DNA of 63,802 bases, counting the filler, from Choristocarpus tenellus KU-1152 (lineage: Eukaryota; Protista; Phaeophyceae), in NCBI GenBank assembly GCA_964200185.2. It is 10 parts of 10 records of this genome, joined end to end, with 100 filler letters (N's around TTAATTAATTAA, not from the genome) between each part and the next. Parts side by side here need not be neighbours in the genome. Positions count along the whole stretch, not along the records: positions 1 to 4,363 come from CAXNAD020014904.1; positions 4,464 to 7,358 come from CAXNAD020023837.1; positions 7,459 to 11,197 come from CAXNAD020018212.1; 7 more parts are not named here. One strand, given 5' to 3'. The notes beneath the pieces are model-generated. The model saw only the letters and a list, made by a program, of their open reading frames with translations. It did no database searches and had not been told where the DNA came from. A program made the position numbers and the translations under genes. Positions 1-10,700 of this stretch are shown piece after piece. Position 1 is the stretch's first letter, and each line of letters opens with the position of its first letter.

Positions 1-123
1 CCCCCCACACCCCCCCCCTTCCCCCCCCCCCCCCCCCTCCCCCCCCCCCCCCACCCCCCCCCCCCCCCCCCCCCCAGATACTTTGACCCTAGTTCCCCCC
101 CCGCCCTCCAGATACTCTGGGTC
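1..123. mobile_element. Poly-C tract with two termini of the poly-G MITE subfamily
   Basis: C-run followed by AGATACTTTGACCC (ends 89), then CCAGATACTCTGGGTC (ends 123). These are reverse complements of the termini at 39302 and 53563. Confidence 0.65.
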
Positions 124-133
124 TTAAATTAAT

Positions 134-269
134 GAGTGAAAGTATCTTATTACAAGTTTTGCCCCGTTTCTCCATTTGGGACTTGGCTAGTCAAAATGAG
201 ATCAAAATTGCAACATTGGATTTTGGCCCCCAAATGGACACGCCTCTACCCTCCAAGATACTTTGACTC
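134..269 (+). mobile_element. Internally deleted copy of the 260-bp MITE
   Basis: Both ends are present (GAGTGAAAGTATCTTA ... TACCCTCCAAGATACTTTGACTC) but about 120 bp of the centre are missing relative to 1120-1377. No clean TSD. Confidence 0.8.
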
Positions 270-526
270 CAACACTTGAGAAGCCAGGTACAAATGGAGG
301 CAGTAGCGTATACTATTGTGCACATAAAGCGATGAAATAGAGTGTGTTGTACAGGGTAAACATGGCTTTGAATGCAAAAGGGTCCAAACCTGCGAACCTC
401 TCTATTGGTTTGGCAGGTAACTGAATCACCAGCATACAGCACACACCACAATTTCAGCAGCTTTGAAGTTGTATCTGGGTGTCCCCCCCCCAGTCTAAGG
501 GTCTCGTGTTCCTTCTTAGATCTCCT

Positions 527-882
527 TGTTAAAGAATGTGTAGAATCCTAAGTCTGGATATTGAAATATGTAGATTAATTCCTTCTCAGTTATGTTGTAG
601 GAGATAGAAAGTTGGAGTGAGATACATCATTCAAGAAGGGGGGGTGACAAACCTTTTACTCATCCCTGATCACTAATAACTTGTCACTCAATTTGTGTTA
701 CTGGCTACAACACTCCTTTTCTAGCATTCTTCTTGTTGTACTTATCATAACCCGGATAATATTGTCGTTGTCACCTGACAAAGACATTACCATCAATTAT
801 CCCGTCATCCAATAATAGTTCAACAACTCAATGTTTCTCCTACAGAATATTTTACACATGAATACAAAGAATACTATTATCA
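527..882 (-). repeat. 3' LTR of the copia element
   Basis: TG...CA termini. Purine-rich AAGGGAGTG on the minus strand lies immediately inside (883-891). The first ~240 bp are highly similar to 3663-3901. Confidence 0.85.
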
Positions 883-1119
883 CACTCCCTTGCTTTGAAC
901 TTCAAGTGAAAAATATCACCTCCAAACACAATCATCATATCACATCACACATTACCCATCCATAATAATATCTGCATGCCTATTGAACGATTCCTTAGAC
1001 AAGTATCCAATTGCTATATTTCCTTCCCAACGTGGTTGCATGAAGATGTGCACTTGCTCGAGGAACATTACCTCCTTCCTAAATTCACACAGTACAACAT
1101 ACTCAGCCTCAGCAGTAGA

Positions 1120-1377
1120 GAGTGAAAGTATCTTAGAGGGTACGAATTTTGCCCTGTTTGTCCATTTGGGGCTTGGCTTCCAATGGGTTTTTTTATGACA
1201 TTTTCCTACTCCAAAATGTTGAGGAGTAGATAAAGTGTATATCTTATGAAAGGTGTGTCTGAAACCTAGATATTGACACTTCCTAACAAACACGATAGCC
1301 AAAATTACATCAAAATCGCAAAATTATATTTTGACCCCCAAATGGACGCAGCTCTACCCTCTAAGATACTTTGGCTC
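1120..1377 (+). mobile_element. MITE, 23-bp imperfect TIRs, 3-bp TSD AGA (PIF/Harbinger-like)
   Basis: GAGTGAAAGTATCTTAGAGGGTA ... TACCCTCTAAGATACTTTGGCTC flanked by AGA/AGA. Removing the element plus one TSD restores the copia RNase H reading frame. Confidence 0.93.
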
Positions 1378-2527
1378 AGACAGTGTAAACGTTTTCTGCT
1401 TCCCAAACCACCAGTCGACACATCCTCCCCAAATTTCACACAGCACCACCAGAAATAGAAAATCTGCTGTCTTTACAGTTACCATAATCAGCATCTGTAT
1501 AGCCAATTAACTGATCCCTTGGTTCATTCCCAAACATTCCAAAGCCACCAAAAGATAATTCCATGCTCTTTAGTACCCAACAGGTACCCAATCACTTTCC
1601 TAGCACTGTACCAATCAGATCAACTTGGATTCTCCACGCAAAATGCCAATTCTCTTAACTGCAAACTCTGGTCCACCACCAAGTGTTCCAGTTTCCTTGT
1701 TCCAGCAAAGTTTCACTTCCAGTAGTCCTAGTGTCGCCTTGGACCTCTGCAATCTCCCTTTCTCATCCACCTGCCTCGGTTGAAAACCGTCGTTGTCTAT
1801 GTTTTGGTGTAGGCGTTGTAGGCATCCTCCTCCTTGCCTTTAATGTGAACAAATCAAAATTCTTTCCACGGGTTGATGAAAAAATAAGGGGAGGTCTACC
1901 TGCTGATGGAGTCAACTTCAAAGAATTTGTCCCCCGCCAATAAATATCTCCACCTGATTGACATCCAGCTTGAACCATTGAGAAAATATTGAACTTTAAC
2001 TCTGGAACCAAGAACACATTGCACAGAACAAAATATACACCTTCTCACATTCTGTATACAACGTAATGGTAAGTTTCCAACCATGATAGTACGAAATTTC
2101 TGTCCTGTACCAACAGTTACAGACTTTCCGCTAACAGGTCGTTGGTCTATCAAACCAATGGGGTTGTTGGTCATATAGGCAGAAAACCTAGTATCAAAAT
2201 ACCTTACATCGTCCCATTATTCAACGTTCTCATCCCTCACCGTCGAGAAACCTCCAAACATCTTTGGCGGTCCATTATTTCCACCATTCGCCTTCCCTCG
2301 CCCACGTCTCTTCCTGTGTAGTCGCTGCACCACCATCTACAACTTGTTTGGCTGCCACCATAGCCACTGCACGTCCAGGACAACTTTTAGCTTTGTGTTC
2401 CGATCCGCTACAAATGTAGCAAGTACCAGAAATTTGCCTGTTACAGGTGGGGAAGAAACAGACGGACAAACAAACATGTAACGCGGTCCACCACACTTGA
2501 AACATTTTACGCCATGTTTACCATGAT

Positions 2528-2782
2528 GAGAGAAAGTATCTTAGAGGGTACGAGTTTTGCCCTGTTTGTCCATTTGAGGCTTGGCTTCTCATGTGTTCTT
2601 CATGACATTTTCCTATTCCAAAATGTTAGGAGTAGGCAAAGTGTATGTTATGAAAAGATGTGTCTTGAACATGGGCATTGATACTTTCTAACAAACACAA
2701 TAGCCAAAATTACATCAAAATCAAAACATTGGATTTTGGCCCCCAAATGGACGCAGCTCTACCCTCTAAGATACTTTGGCTC
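2528..2782 (+). mobile_element. MITE copy inserted in copia gag
   Basis: Full-length homolog of 1120-1377, followed by TGA. TGA also precedes it if the left end is taken at 2530. Confidence 0.9.
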
Positions 2783-3662
2783 TGATGTCCAGCTGATGAT
2801 GCAAAACGCGACCCATGATAGAAAGTCGAGCTTCCAGTAGTCATAAGTGCTCCATTGTGGTTCCCAATACCACTGTCCACCAACCTATTGTTCATTCGAT
2901 ATGATTCGCAAACCCTCTTCTGTAGTTGCAACCTTGCTGTTCGATCATATATTTTGTAGCAAAACAATTGTGAATGACTATCAGCTGCTCTTCCTCGTCT
3001 GGTTCGGCGCCAAGCCTCCGCAACTTCTTCATCAGCTTTTCCATCTCTTGGATAATATCCGCAGTATCCCCCCCAATTGGTAGACGCAATTTGTGTAATT
3101 TTGTCCTCTCCAGATCGCTCTTTCTGTGATACCATCTATTTCGAAACGGTCTCTCAGTGCCTGGAAAGCTTCAGACCTGCTGTTGTGGTTATCGAAAATT
3201 GTAGATTGCAAGTCCTCCTACACTCATAACCAATCCAGCCAACACCATGCTGGCCTCACGTACTCCTTGGTGTGTCCTCCTCAACGTATTTCCTCCTTCT
3301 AGGCCAACCCTGATGTGGTTTTGAGAGTGAATAATGTATCCATCCATCCACCCATCGCAGCACGAGTTAGAAATCTTCTCTTGCATGAGGGAAACCCCTG
3401 CTCATCATCGTCAACATTGTACATCACAATTTTTGAGGGAAGTGGTATGAGGAGCTGCAGGCCCACTCCCGCAGTCCGTCTTGAGGTCGCGATCCCCCTC
3501 GTTGCTAGATCCTCTTCATCATCGATGCCCTGTACTCCCACACCAACGTCTTCAACCTCCATGTTCACGTTACCGACAGCAGACGCCATCGGGACTCCGT
3601 CTGACCCCTCTACTACTAGCTTTCTTGAGATATCAGCACACTTCAAAGTATGCTAGCTAGTA

Positions 3663-3901
3663 TGTTAAAGAATGTGCAGAATCCCAAGTCTGGATATTGA
3701 ATATGTAGATTAATTTCTTCTCAGGTATGTTGTAGGAGATAGAAAGTTGGAGTGAGATACATCATTCAAGAAGGGGGGGTGATAAACCTTTTACTCATCC
3801 CTGATCACTAATAACTCGTCACTCAATCTGTGTTACTGGCTACAACATTCTTTTTCCAGTATTGTTCTTGTTGTTCTATAATAATCCGGATAATGTTGTC
3901 G
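3663..3901 (-). repeat. 5' LTR of the copia element, truncated by a later insertion
   Basis: Aligns to 527-767. Similarity stops abruptly at the TA at 3902-3903, where another repeat begins. Confidence 0.85.
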
Positions 3902-3903
3902 TA

Positions 3904-4295
3904 TAGTGGTACCAGTAGCTTCACGGTCTGTGGCAATCTTGAATGTTTTCACCAGTTTTCCACAACACTCATACAATATTGCATATATCAAATGAACGGG
4001 TATGACAAGACCTTTTGAAGGTTTGTATCCACGATGTCCAGGCTTTGGGGAACGGGAACTATTTCCCGATCAAGTAGTGGAAGAAACGCGGGGGAACACC
4101 TCCGGCGGAATTTTGAAGGTAACAACTTCAAAACGAACAAAAATGAAGTGTTTGGCTGAACTCCTTACAAACCCCTGGTCTGGGTTAGGTCGCAAAAAAA
4201 TTCAAGATTTCCGGACATCCGGACATCTTTTTAATGCCTTTTTTGGACTTTCTGTGAGCACACACACGCATGACTTACACAGCAACATGAACCAT
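3904..4295 (+). mobile_element. 5' terminal region of a putative Tc1/mariner-type DNA transposon
   Basis: Begins TA|TAGTGGTACC and is colinear with the reverse complement of ~38530-38936, which begins TA|AAGTGGTACC. Interrupted by a MITE at 4296. Confidence 0.65.
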
Positions 4296-4363
4296 GAGTG
4301 AAAGTATCTTAGAGGGTACGAATTTTGCCCTGTTTGTCCATTTGGGGCTTGGCTTCCCATGGG
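4296..4363 (+). mobile_element. MITE left end running into the contig break
   Basis: GAGTGAAAGTATCTTAGAGGGTACG..., matching the start of 1120-1377. Confidence 0.9.
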
Positions 4364-4463
4364 NNNNNNNNNNNNNNNNNNNNNNNNNNNNNNNNNNNNN
4401 NNNNNNNTTAATTAATTAANNNNNNNNNNNNNNNNNNNNNNNNNNNNNNNNNNNNNNNNNNNN
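4364..4463. other. Artificial contig-joining linker N44-TTAATTAATTAA-N44 (first of nine)
   Basis: Identical 100-bp spacer with stops in all six frames at 4364-4463, 7359-7458, 11198-11297, 35351-35450, 39419-39518, 42083-42182, 46562-46661, 53596-53695 and 57323-57422. Confidence 0.98.
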
Positions 4464-4464
4464 T

Positions 4465-5812
4465 CTGGGGGGTGGGAGCTTGTTCGGGGGGAGCACTCAA
4501 GTCGCTGCGCCAGCGCCTTTCGGGGCTCCTGCGACAGTAAGTTTTGGTACATCTGCAGTAGCTGGGTTTGGGGCTCCGGCACCAGGTGTTGCTGGTGCAG
4601 TCGGCGCTCAGCAGGGTGTGGCCCCAGAGACACGCTACTCAGACTTGCCAGATGGGTTCAAGAAGGGCATCGACGCCTTGTGGAGCGAGGTGAAGAGGTA
4701 TGCATCTGGCTTTTCCGAATGCGCATGTATATGATGTGTAAACTGAGATTAATATATGGTTTTCATTTAGCGTGCTGCCTGTTCGTTGAATCCTAATCTT
4801 ACTGGTCGTAGTGCAAGTAGCACGAACGTGTTTTATCCCATCTCATCCCTCTTTTGGGCTTGAACGAGTGGGACGCTAGACCCTCATGCGGGTAACACTT
4901 CCAAACTGTTGATCTCCTTATTGGTACGAGACACCTATCTACAAGCACACTTAGAGCTCTCGTTTGAGACAAGTTTGTTCTATGAGTTTGAGTTGTAATC
5001 GACAAGAGTGCCCACATGAAGCAAGTCACGAACAGCACACAACCCCACTTCGGAAGTAAGCATTTTCCCATAAAATAGGCAGGCACGAGATTTGTGTCTC
5101 CTGATGATTCAAATCTCTGGTTCTGTTTGCAGAGAGTAGAAAATCTCCTGCGCATCAATACATATCTACAGTATCTGCCACCCAGCCTACTCCTCCACTT
5201 AATATCACCTATTTATTTATTTTACTACTATTATTACTACTACTACTACTACTATTGTTATTACTATTGTTATTATTATATTGTGTTGATTTCAACCTTG
5301 CATATTGCATGACCCTCACAAGAGATGGCTTCCAGACCTTTCCTCCTCATTCTGTGACCAACAATCTGTATCCCGAAGAGGGCATTGACACGACTTCCAC
5401 AACAAGGTCACCTCCTTTGCACTGCAGGTCAGTGCACTCTGATGCAGCCTATGCTTGTCTGACCTCAGTGTTTGACCTCACCCTGAACACGACCTACTCT
5501 TCTGTTGTTTAACTGACTTGACCTCATTACTCGAAAGGTTACATTCAGATTGGCCTTGCATCCAACATGCACACCGCTCATTTCATTGCTGGAGTATGGT
5601 ATTAATCCTTTCTCAGTTGTATCATGGATCCTTTTTTTTATGCCCCCATGCCATGGAAATGTGGCATTGCCGTTGGTATTTTTCCCCTGCTCTTCAGGCA
5701 AAGGGGACTGGCCAATGAGGTGGGAAAGACAGATTCGAGCATGGGCCTAGTATTGCAGGGAGAGATGAGAGAGCTTAGGAAAAACCTGCTGGACCTTGGC
5801 AACATGCAGCAG
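4465..5812 (+). CDS. NUP58: FG nucleoporin, Nup58/Nup49-like (partial; exons <4465-4697 and 5698-5812)
   Basis: FG-rich stretch (SLFGG, APFGA, SFGT, GFGA) followed by TRYSDLP and a helical segment. A phase-2 GT-AG intron joins in frame to RQRGLANEV...LRKNLLDLGNMQQ. FG repeats, then a T(R/K)xxDL motif, then coiled coil is the Nup58/Nup49 layout. Confidence 0.75.
5224..5280. repeat. (TAC/TAT)n microsatellite
   Basis: Directly visible in the nucleoporin intron. Confidence 0.9.
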
Positions 5813-6789
5813 GTTGGTCGATCTGTTATTTTTTTTTATTTTTTCTTTTGTTTGACCTCTGAGTAGCAATTTAGTAGCAGTTCGGGGGTATAAATAGATG
5901 TCTAGGTGGGGTAGAGGCCATATGTGTGGCATGCGTGTGTATAGGCATGGGCTGGAAAATTTGGATGTTACAAGTTCAAGTCCCATTTATTTTTGTTGAT
6001 GTGAACTGTGATGTATTGTGCAGTTATGCTACTGTGTGGCAGGATTGAGTCAATATCAGTACATACTGGTCTAGAGGAGACACCTAAGATTACTTCAATC
6101 AAGATACACTTGTGCTCCTCAAATTTTTGATATGGGTTCTAGTGAGATAGGATGCATTATTTTGTTATTGCAAGTACTACTGTTGTCATGAGGTTCATGG
6201 TTACAATAGTATTTTAGTTTGATTATACTGACATATATATTATTTGAAACTATTGAATTGACAAAAAAATATTCATTCTGATTTGATCCAACAACTTGGC
6301 AATTGGAATTCTACAATCCTTTTCTTCCATGCCACGAAGGAGCTGTGTTTAGCGATTGCAATTTTGTATGTGCAATTTATAGCAGAGGAGACATAGAAGC
6401 AGATCCTGAGTCTCACATGATGCTCCTTGCTCAATGTAAGATATCAAGTTGACTGAGATGGTTGGAATGTTGCAAATGGATTCATTATCTCTTGGTGGCA
6501 AGGTATTTTGTTGCCTGTATTTCTAGAAGAAAATATGAATGAGTAACACGATGAACTCCTTCTAGAACATTGGTCTTTCCAGAATACCGACCAATAATCT
6601 ATTAATGTACTTAGTATGTAACTTAATGTACTTAGTATATAACTTCTATCTTCAAGCTTCACAAGCGGATTTCCATTACGGAAAGGTCCCACCAAACCTC
6701 TTTTCCAGGAGGAATCTGATGACCCTTAGGTTGCACTCTCGTTGATCATATGGAAGGTCTTTGTAGAAAAAACTGATAATATGTCTCTC

Positions 6790-6811
6790 GGGTTAGGGTT
6801 AGGGTTAGGGT
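6790..6811 (+). repeat. Short interstitial telomere-like (TTAGGG)3
   Basis: GGGTTAGGGTTAGGGTTAGGGT. Similar tracts at 18346-18368 and 47484-47499 on the other strand. Confidence 0.7.
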
Positions 6812-6990
6812 CAGTTACCCACTGTATGCCAGGACTTTTCTGGATGGTGTTGAGGGATAATGGACCACTGTGATTATAGGGTGGTTAGGTCGTCATGTCT
6901 ACAATGGGTCACTGGCAATTGTTTCTTTCTTTTTTTTACGATCAGTATTGAATCCCTGTTGTACAGGCACCAGTGGGTGGTATGCAATAC

Positions 6991-7060
6991 GCAAGTAGTC
7001 TACACTATTATTTTGCAAATAGTCTACACTATTGTACTGCAAGTTGTCTTCACTATTGTA
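6991..7060. repeat. 24-bp minisatellite, 3 units
   Basis: Units resembling GCAAGTAGTCTACACTATT start at 6991, 7015 and 7039. Confidence 0.8.
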
Positions 7061-9024
7061 AGCACTCTACACTGACGTACATCAGTAGTACTATGTCTTC
7101 AAGATCAGAAATCAAGAACCACTATATTATTGGTTCAATTTTGAATTTCTACATTGGCTTGTTGGTCATGTGTGACTGTGACCATATCTGTACAACATAC
7201 ACCCTATGGGATGGTTAAGGTTTGGGCATGAGACTTGACACACATTTGTACTGTATTTACTGGTGCTTCTTTTTTTTTTGGGGGGGGGGGGGGGGGGGAA
7301 AACGGTTGGTTTTTTTATTTTTTTTAGATTGTTTTTTCTTTTTTATTCACTCTTTTTTNNNNNNNNNNNNNNNNNNNNNNNNNNNNNNNNNNNNNNNNNN
7401 NNTTAATTAATTAANNNNNNNNNNNNNNNNNNNNNNNNNNNNNNNNNNNNNNNNNNNNCGCCAAAACTAAACCCCAGGGTCAACCCCCCCCCCCCCCCCC
7501 CCCAGATACTTTGAGCCAAGAAGCAGACACAACCTCTACCCAACCCAGATGGCAGAAAGGGTGCACGAACACACACAAAGACATACATTTGTAAGTGTAA
7601 CAAAATAGGGTTGACTCAATGTCTTGAATAAATGAATGCTCTGTTGCTTGTTATTTTCAGTCAACCAATCATTGGCAAAAACAGTGCAAAAAATCCGGGT
7701 CATGAAAAAAAGTGGGAATATGCCAAATATCTAACCTCAAAGTACATGAAGCACAACGAAATTGCCCAGTCTGTAGTATAGTAACAAATCAGCAGGGTCG
7801 TCTAAAAGATTCCTTTGCCAGGAAGTCATTTGTTCGTGGTGAGGACAACTCAGCAGGCAAGCACGCCATTTCAAATCATCAGTCACAAAATACTCTGTCA
7901 CATACCAGCATACCACATGCTACAGCCCCCAGAGGCGAAGGTCGGGGAGGAGCAGATAAGTCCACCTGTTTCACTACTACAACCATTTCAATCCTCTCCA
8001 CTTTCTATGAAAAATACCCAATGCAAAAATCAATGAAAACGAAAGTTTTAAGCACCAGGAGTATTCCAACTCATCAACACACCCGTCAGTTGTGCCAACT
8101 CATCCACAAACTACCACATCACACTTGGCAATACAAAAAAATCTGAACACCAAACTTGGAGTTTGTTATAGGGTGCCCTACACCTGCACAATGGAGAAAT
8201 ATGTTCGACCCTCTGTAGAGAAAGGATCTCCTTCACCCCACAAACATGCTTCTCGCCTAATCCATTGAACCACAATGGCTGTAGGTTCTATGAACAGGAG
8301 CAGTCGATTGAGTTTCTGTACAACACTCCATCTCTTAGTGCCACCAATTGCTTAGGGTCTTAGTTTCACAGTTGCCTCCTTCCACCGTCCTCTAAGTTGT
8401 AATTATCCAACCGCCTCGTTTTGCTTGTAGAGACCTGCATACACCCCTCCTGTGACGTCATTTGCAAGAAAAAAAAACGGTTTAGGGGGGGAGGGCGGGG
8501 GGGAGGGCGGGGTGAACACACTCAAGCATCCATTCTACAAGCCAAGCAGGTCCAGCAAGCAACACTCACCTGCGAAAAGACTGACAAATAAACCCATTCC
8601 ATTCCACCTCCTCAAAAGAGCATAAAGAGGCATAGAGCCTTCGGGTAGAACTTTCTTGACTTATCGCCATAACTTGCAAGCAACATATTGATACTTTTAC
8701 ACCAGCAACTCGAGCAGGGTGTAGACTGTGTAACCCTTCCAACGATTGGCCAAAGCCACCCACCTACTTGCCACAATCAACATACACATAAGTCACTGTC
8801 CGTCAATGTATGTGACAAGAACCGGTCTGTTGAAACACCACCCGATTGCCTCAAGTTGATCTTTCGAGACTTGTCTCTTGTGCCACTATCAAGGCATACA
8901 CAACCATCGCTAAGGATAGGCGCATCCCGGTTCTTTACCACATTCAACCCCATCAAACCTGTATCCCAAAAACCAAACTAAAAGGCGAGGTAGAGCGAGA
9001 ACATTAAAGAGTTGCAGACCTCAC

Positions 9025-10070
9025 CTAGCGACATGAGCTCAGCGTGTTTGCCAGACTCAACGATGCGGCCACCCTGCAATATGGCAAATAAATAAAATAA
9101 AATAAATGAATGTATTCGACAATGTCATGTGCAGGGTCAACAAGAAGCGGTGAAGGGAAAGCAAGATAATGAGCTCAGACTGTTCAAGTATTACAGAGGC
9201 ATCAGTGACTACTGTTAGGTAAAGTAGTGACGACTGTTACGGCAGTTACCTCTATAACCACGACAGGCAACACTTGCAAAAAAAAAAACTCTTGTAACTG
9301 ACCAGATCATCAGACCAACAACACCCAAGAGCAATGGCTAGAGTTGAGGGGAAAATCCAAGCGGAAATCCACACCAGTGTCTGCCTTTGCACATCCCACC
9401 AATCTTACATGGCTACTGTAAACATCAAAAGGTACATAGTAAGCACTATTCATATTTCACTAGTGTAGGTATCTTCAAATGGTGCTGGGCAAATGTAGAG
9501 GAAAAACACCGAATCTTCCTCGGCCCTCTACCTTGGAATATCCCGACATCTACACTGAATAAAATGGAGGTCTTGGAAATGATCAAATTTCACTTTTGTC
9601 ACAGAATGACCTCGCGTGCAAGGTAGGCACACCTCCGTAGCCTCTTAATGAAGGCCTTTTGCCTCCAACTTTGCAACCTTGACAAAAAAATATTATTGTC
9701 ACACTGGTATGCATGCACCTTTGTTCGTTAGGACATGTCCATGTCCATCTCAACTGTGTAGTACCATGTGCTTGTACCACAAAAGAAAAAACAAAAAAAT
9801 CAACACGCCTCATTACCCTTCAAAGCTACCGACCAACTAACATACGCCCTTTTCATTCATCTAGGATCTGTCCACATCCGTCAAGTGTCAATATGGCAGT
9901 ACTACTTCCATCACCTCCATCACAACAATACGGTCGGCCCTCTTAATAGTAGGAAGGCGGTGGGCCACCAGGATGACACTTCGACCTTCTCCTGCCTTGT
10001 CGAGAGCATCCTGAACCAGACGCTCACTCTCCACATCTAGAGCAGATGTTGGCTCATCTAAAAGAAGCAC
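9025..10070 (-). CDS. ABC transporter (ABCB/MDR-type) C-terminal nucleotide-binding domain, partial (exons 10070-9915, 9073-9025)
   Basis: [12 protein letters not shown] (Walker B/D-loop), VILVAHRL (H-switch), then ADRIVVME|[16 protein letters not shown] across an in-phase GT-AG intron. Terminal exon unresolved; upstream exons not identified in this contig. Confidence 0.9.
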
Positions 10071-10435
10071 CTATGGTGAGGTCATACAGAAATATCTGTT
10101 GTTGGAATGACAGGGTTAGGTAGGTGGGGTTTGTGCCTTGTGTTTTGAATGTCTTACCTTGATACACCTAGCTTGTCCTCGAGCTGGCATCAGTCCACCT
10201 TCTGTATCATACAAGGTACTCTTCCAAGAAAGTTTTAGGAGGACTAGACTGATCACGCCACTCGGAATGCAAACCCAGTGCAGCAGTGACAATGAAAATA
10301 AACACGCATTCGTGCTAAGTAACATGACACAATCTTACTTGCTTGGTACACGGCCTAGATTGTTCCCCTACTAACACACAAAACCCCATCAAGTACTCAC
10401 CTATGTCCAAGAACTTGAAAAAAGGAAAACAGTTT

Positions 10436-10700
10436 GACCCCAAAGCACTTAAGAGGGTTGCACACCGCGTCCGTTTGGGTCATAAATCCAATGTTGCGAT
10501 TCTGACAAAATTTGGCTATATCGTGTTTGTTAGCAAGTGTCAAGTTCCTTGCTCCAGACTCACCTTTCCCAGTCGTATACATTTAACGTAACTAACTGTG
10601 TTCACACAGGAAACCGAAAAAGGACATTAAAAACTTGTGGGAAGCCAAGACCTGAACAGACAAACAGGTCAAAAGTCGTACCCTCTTAAATGTTTTAAGC
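10436..10700 (-). mobile_element. Diverged, reverse-orientation relative of the 260-bp MITE
   Basis: Colinear blocks AATCCAATGTTGCGATT, TTTGGCTAT..GTGTTTGTTAG, GGGAAGCCAAG, GACAAACAGG and CGTACCCTCT. Located in the ABC transporter intron. Confidence 0.75.

Larger units (their letters stand above)
527..3901 (-). mobile_element. Degenerate, internally deleted Ty1/copia LTR retrotransposon
   Basis: Direct LTRs at 527-882 and 3663-3901. The minus strand encodes a gag zinc knuckle CYICSGSEHKAKSC (~2380-2425), protease-like YFDTRFSAYMT (~2170-2200), RNase H motif LIGYTDADY (~1485-1512) and, once the MITE is removed, KQKTFTLSTAEAEY. Integrase and most of RT are absent; many stops and frameshifts. 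Confidence 0.9.

Noticed and set aside
4408-4419. Recurring palindromic TTAATTAATTAA as a biological motif
   Set aside because: It is always centred in exactly 44+44 Ns, so it is an assembly linker. Gene neighbourhoods across it are artificial.
8403-8960. Terminal exon of the ABC transporter
   Set aside because: Several phase-compatible candidates exist (e.g. GLYKQNEAVG* near 8403-8434) and none is decisive without transcripts.
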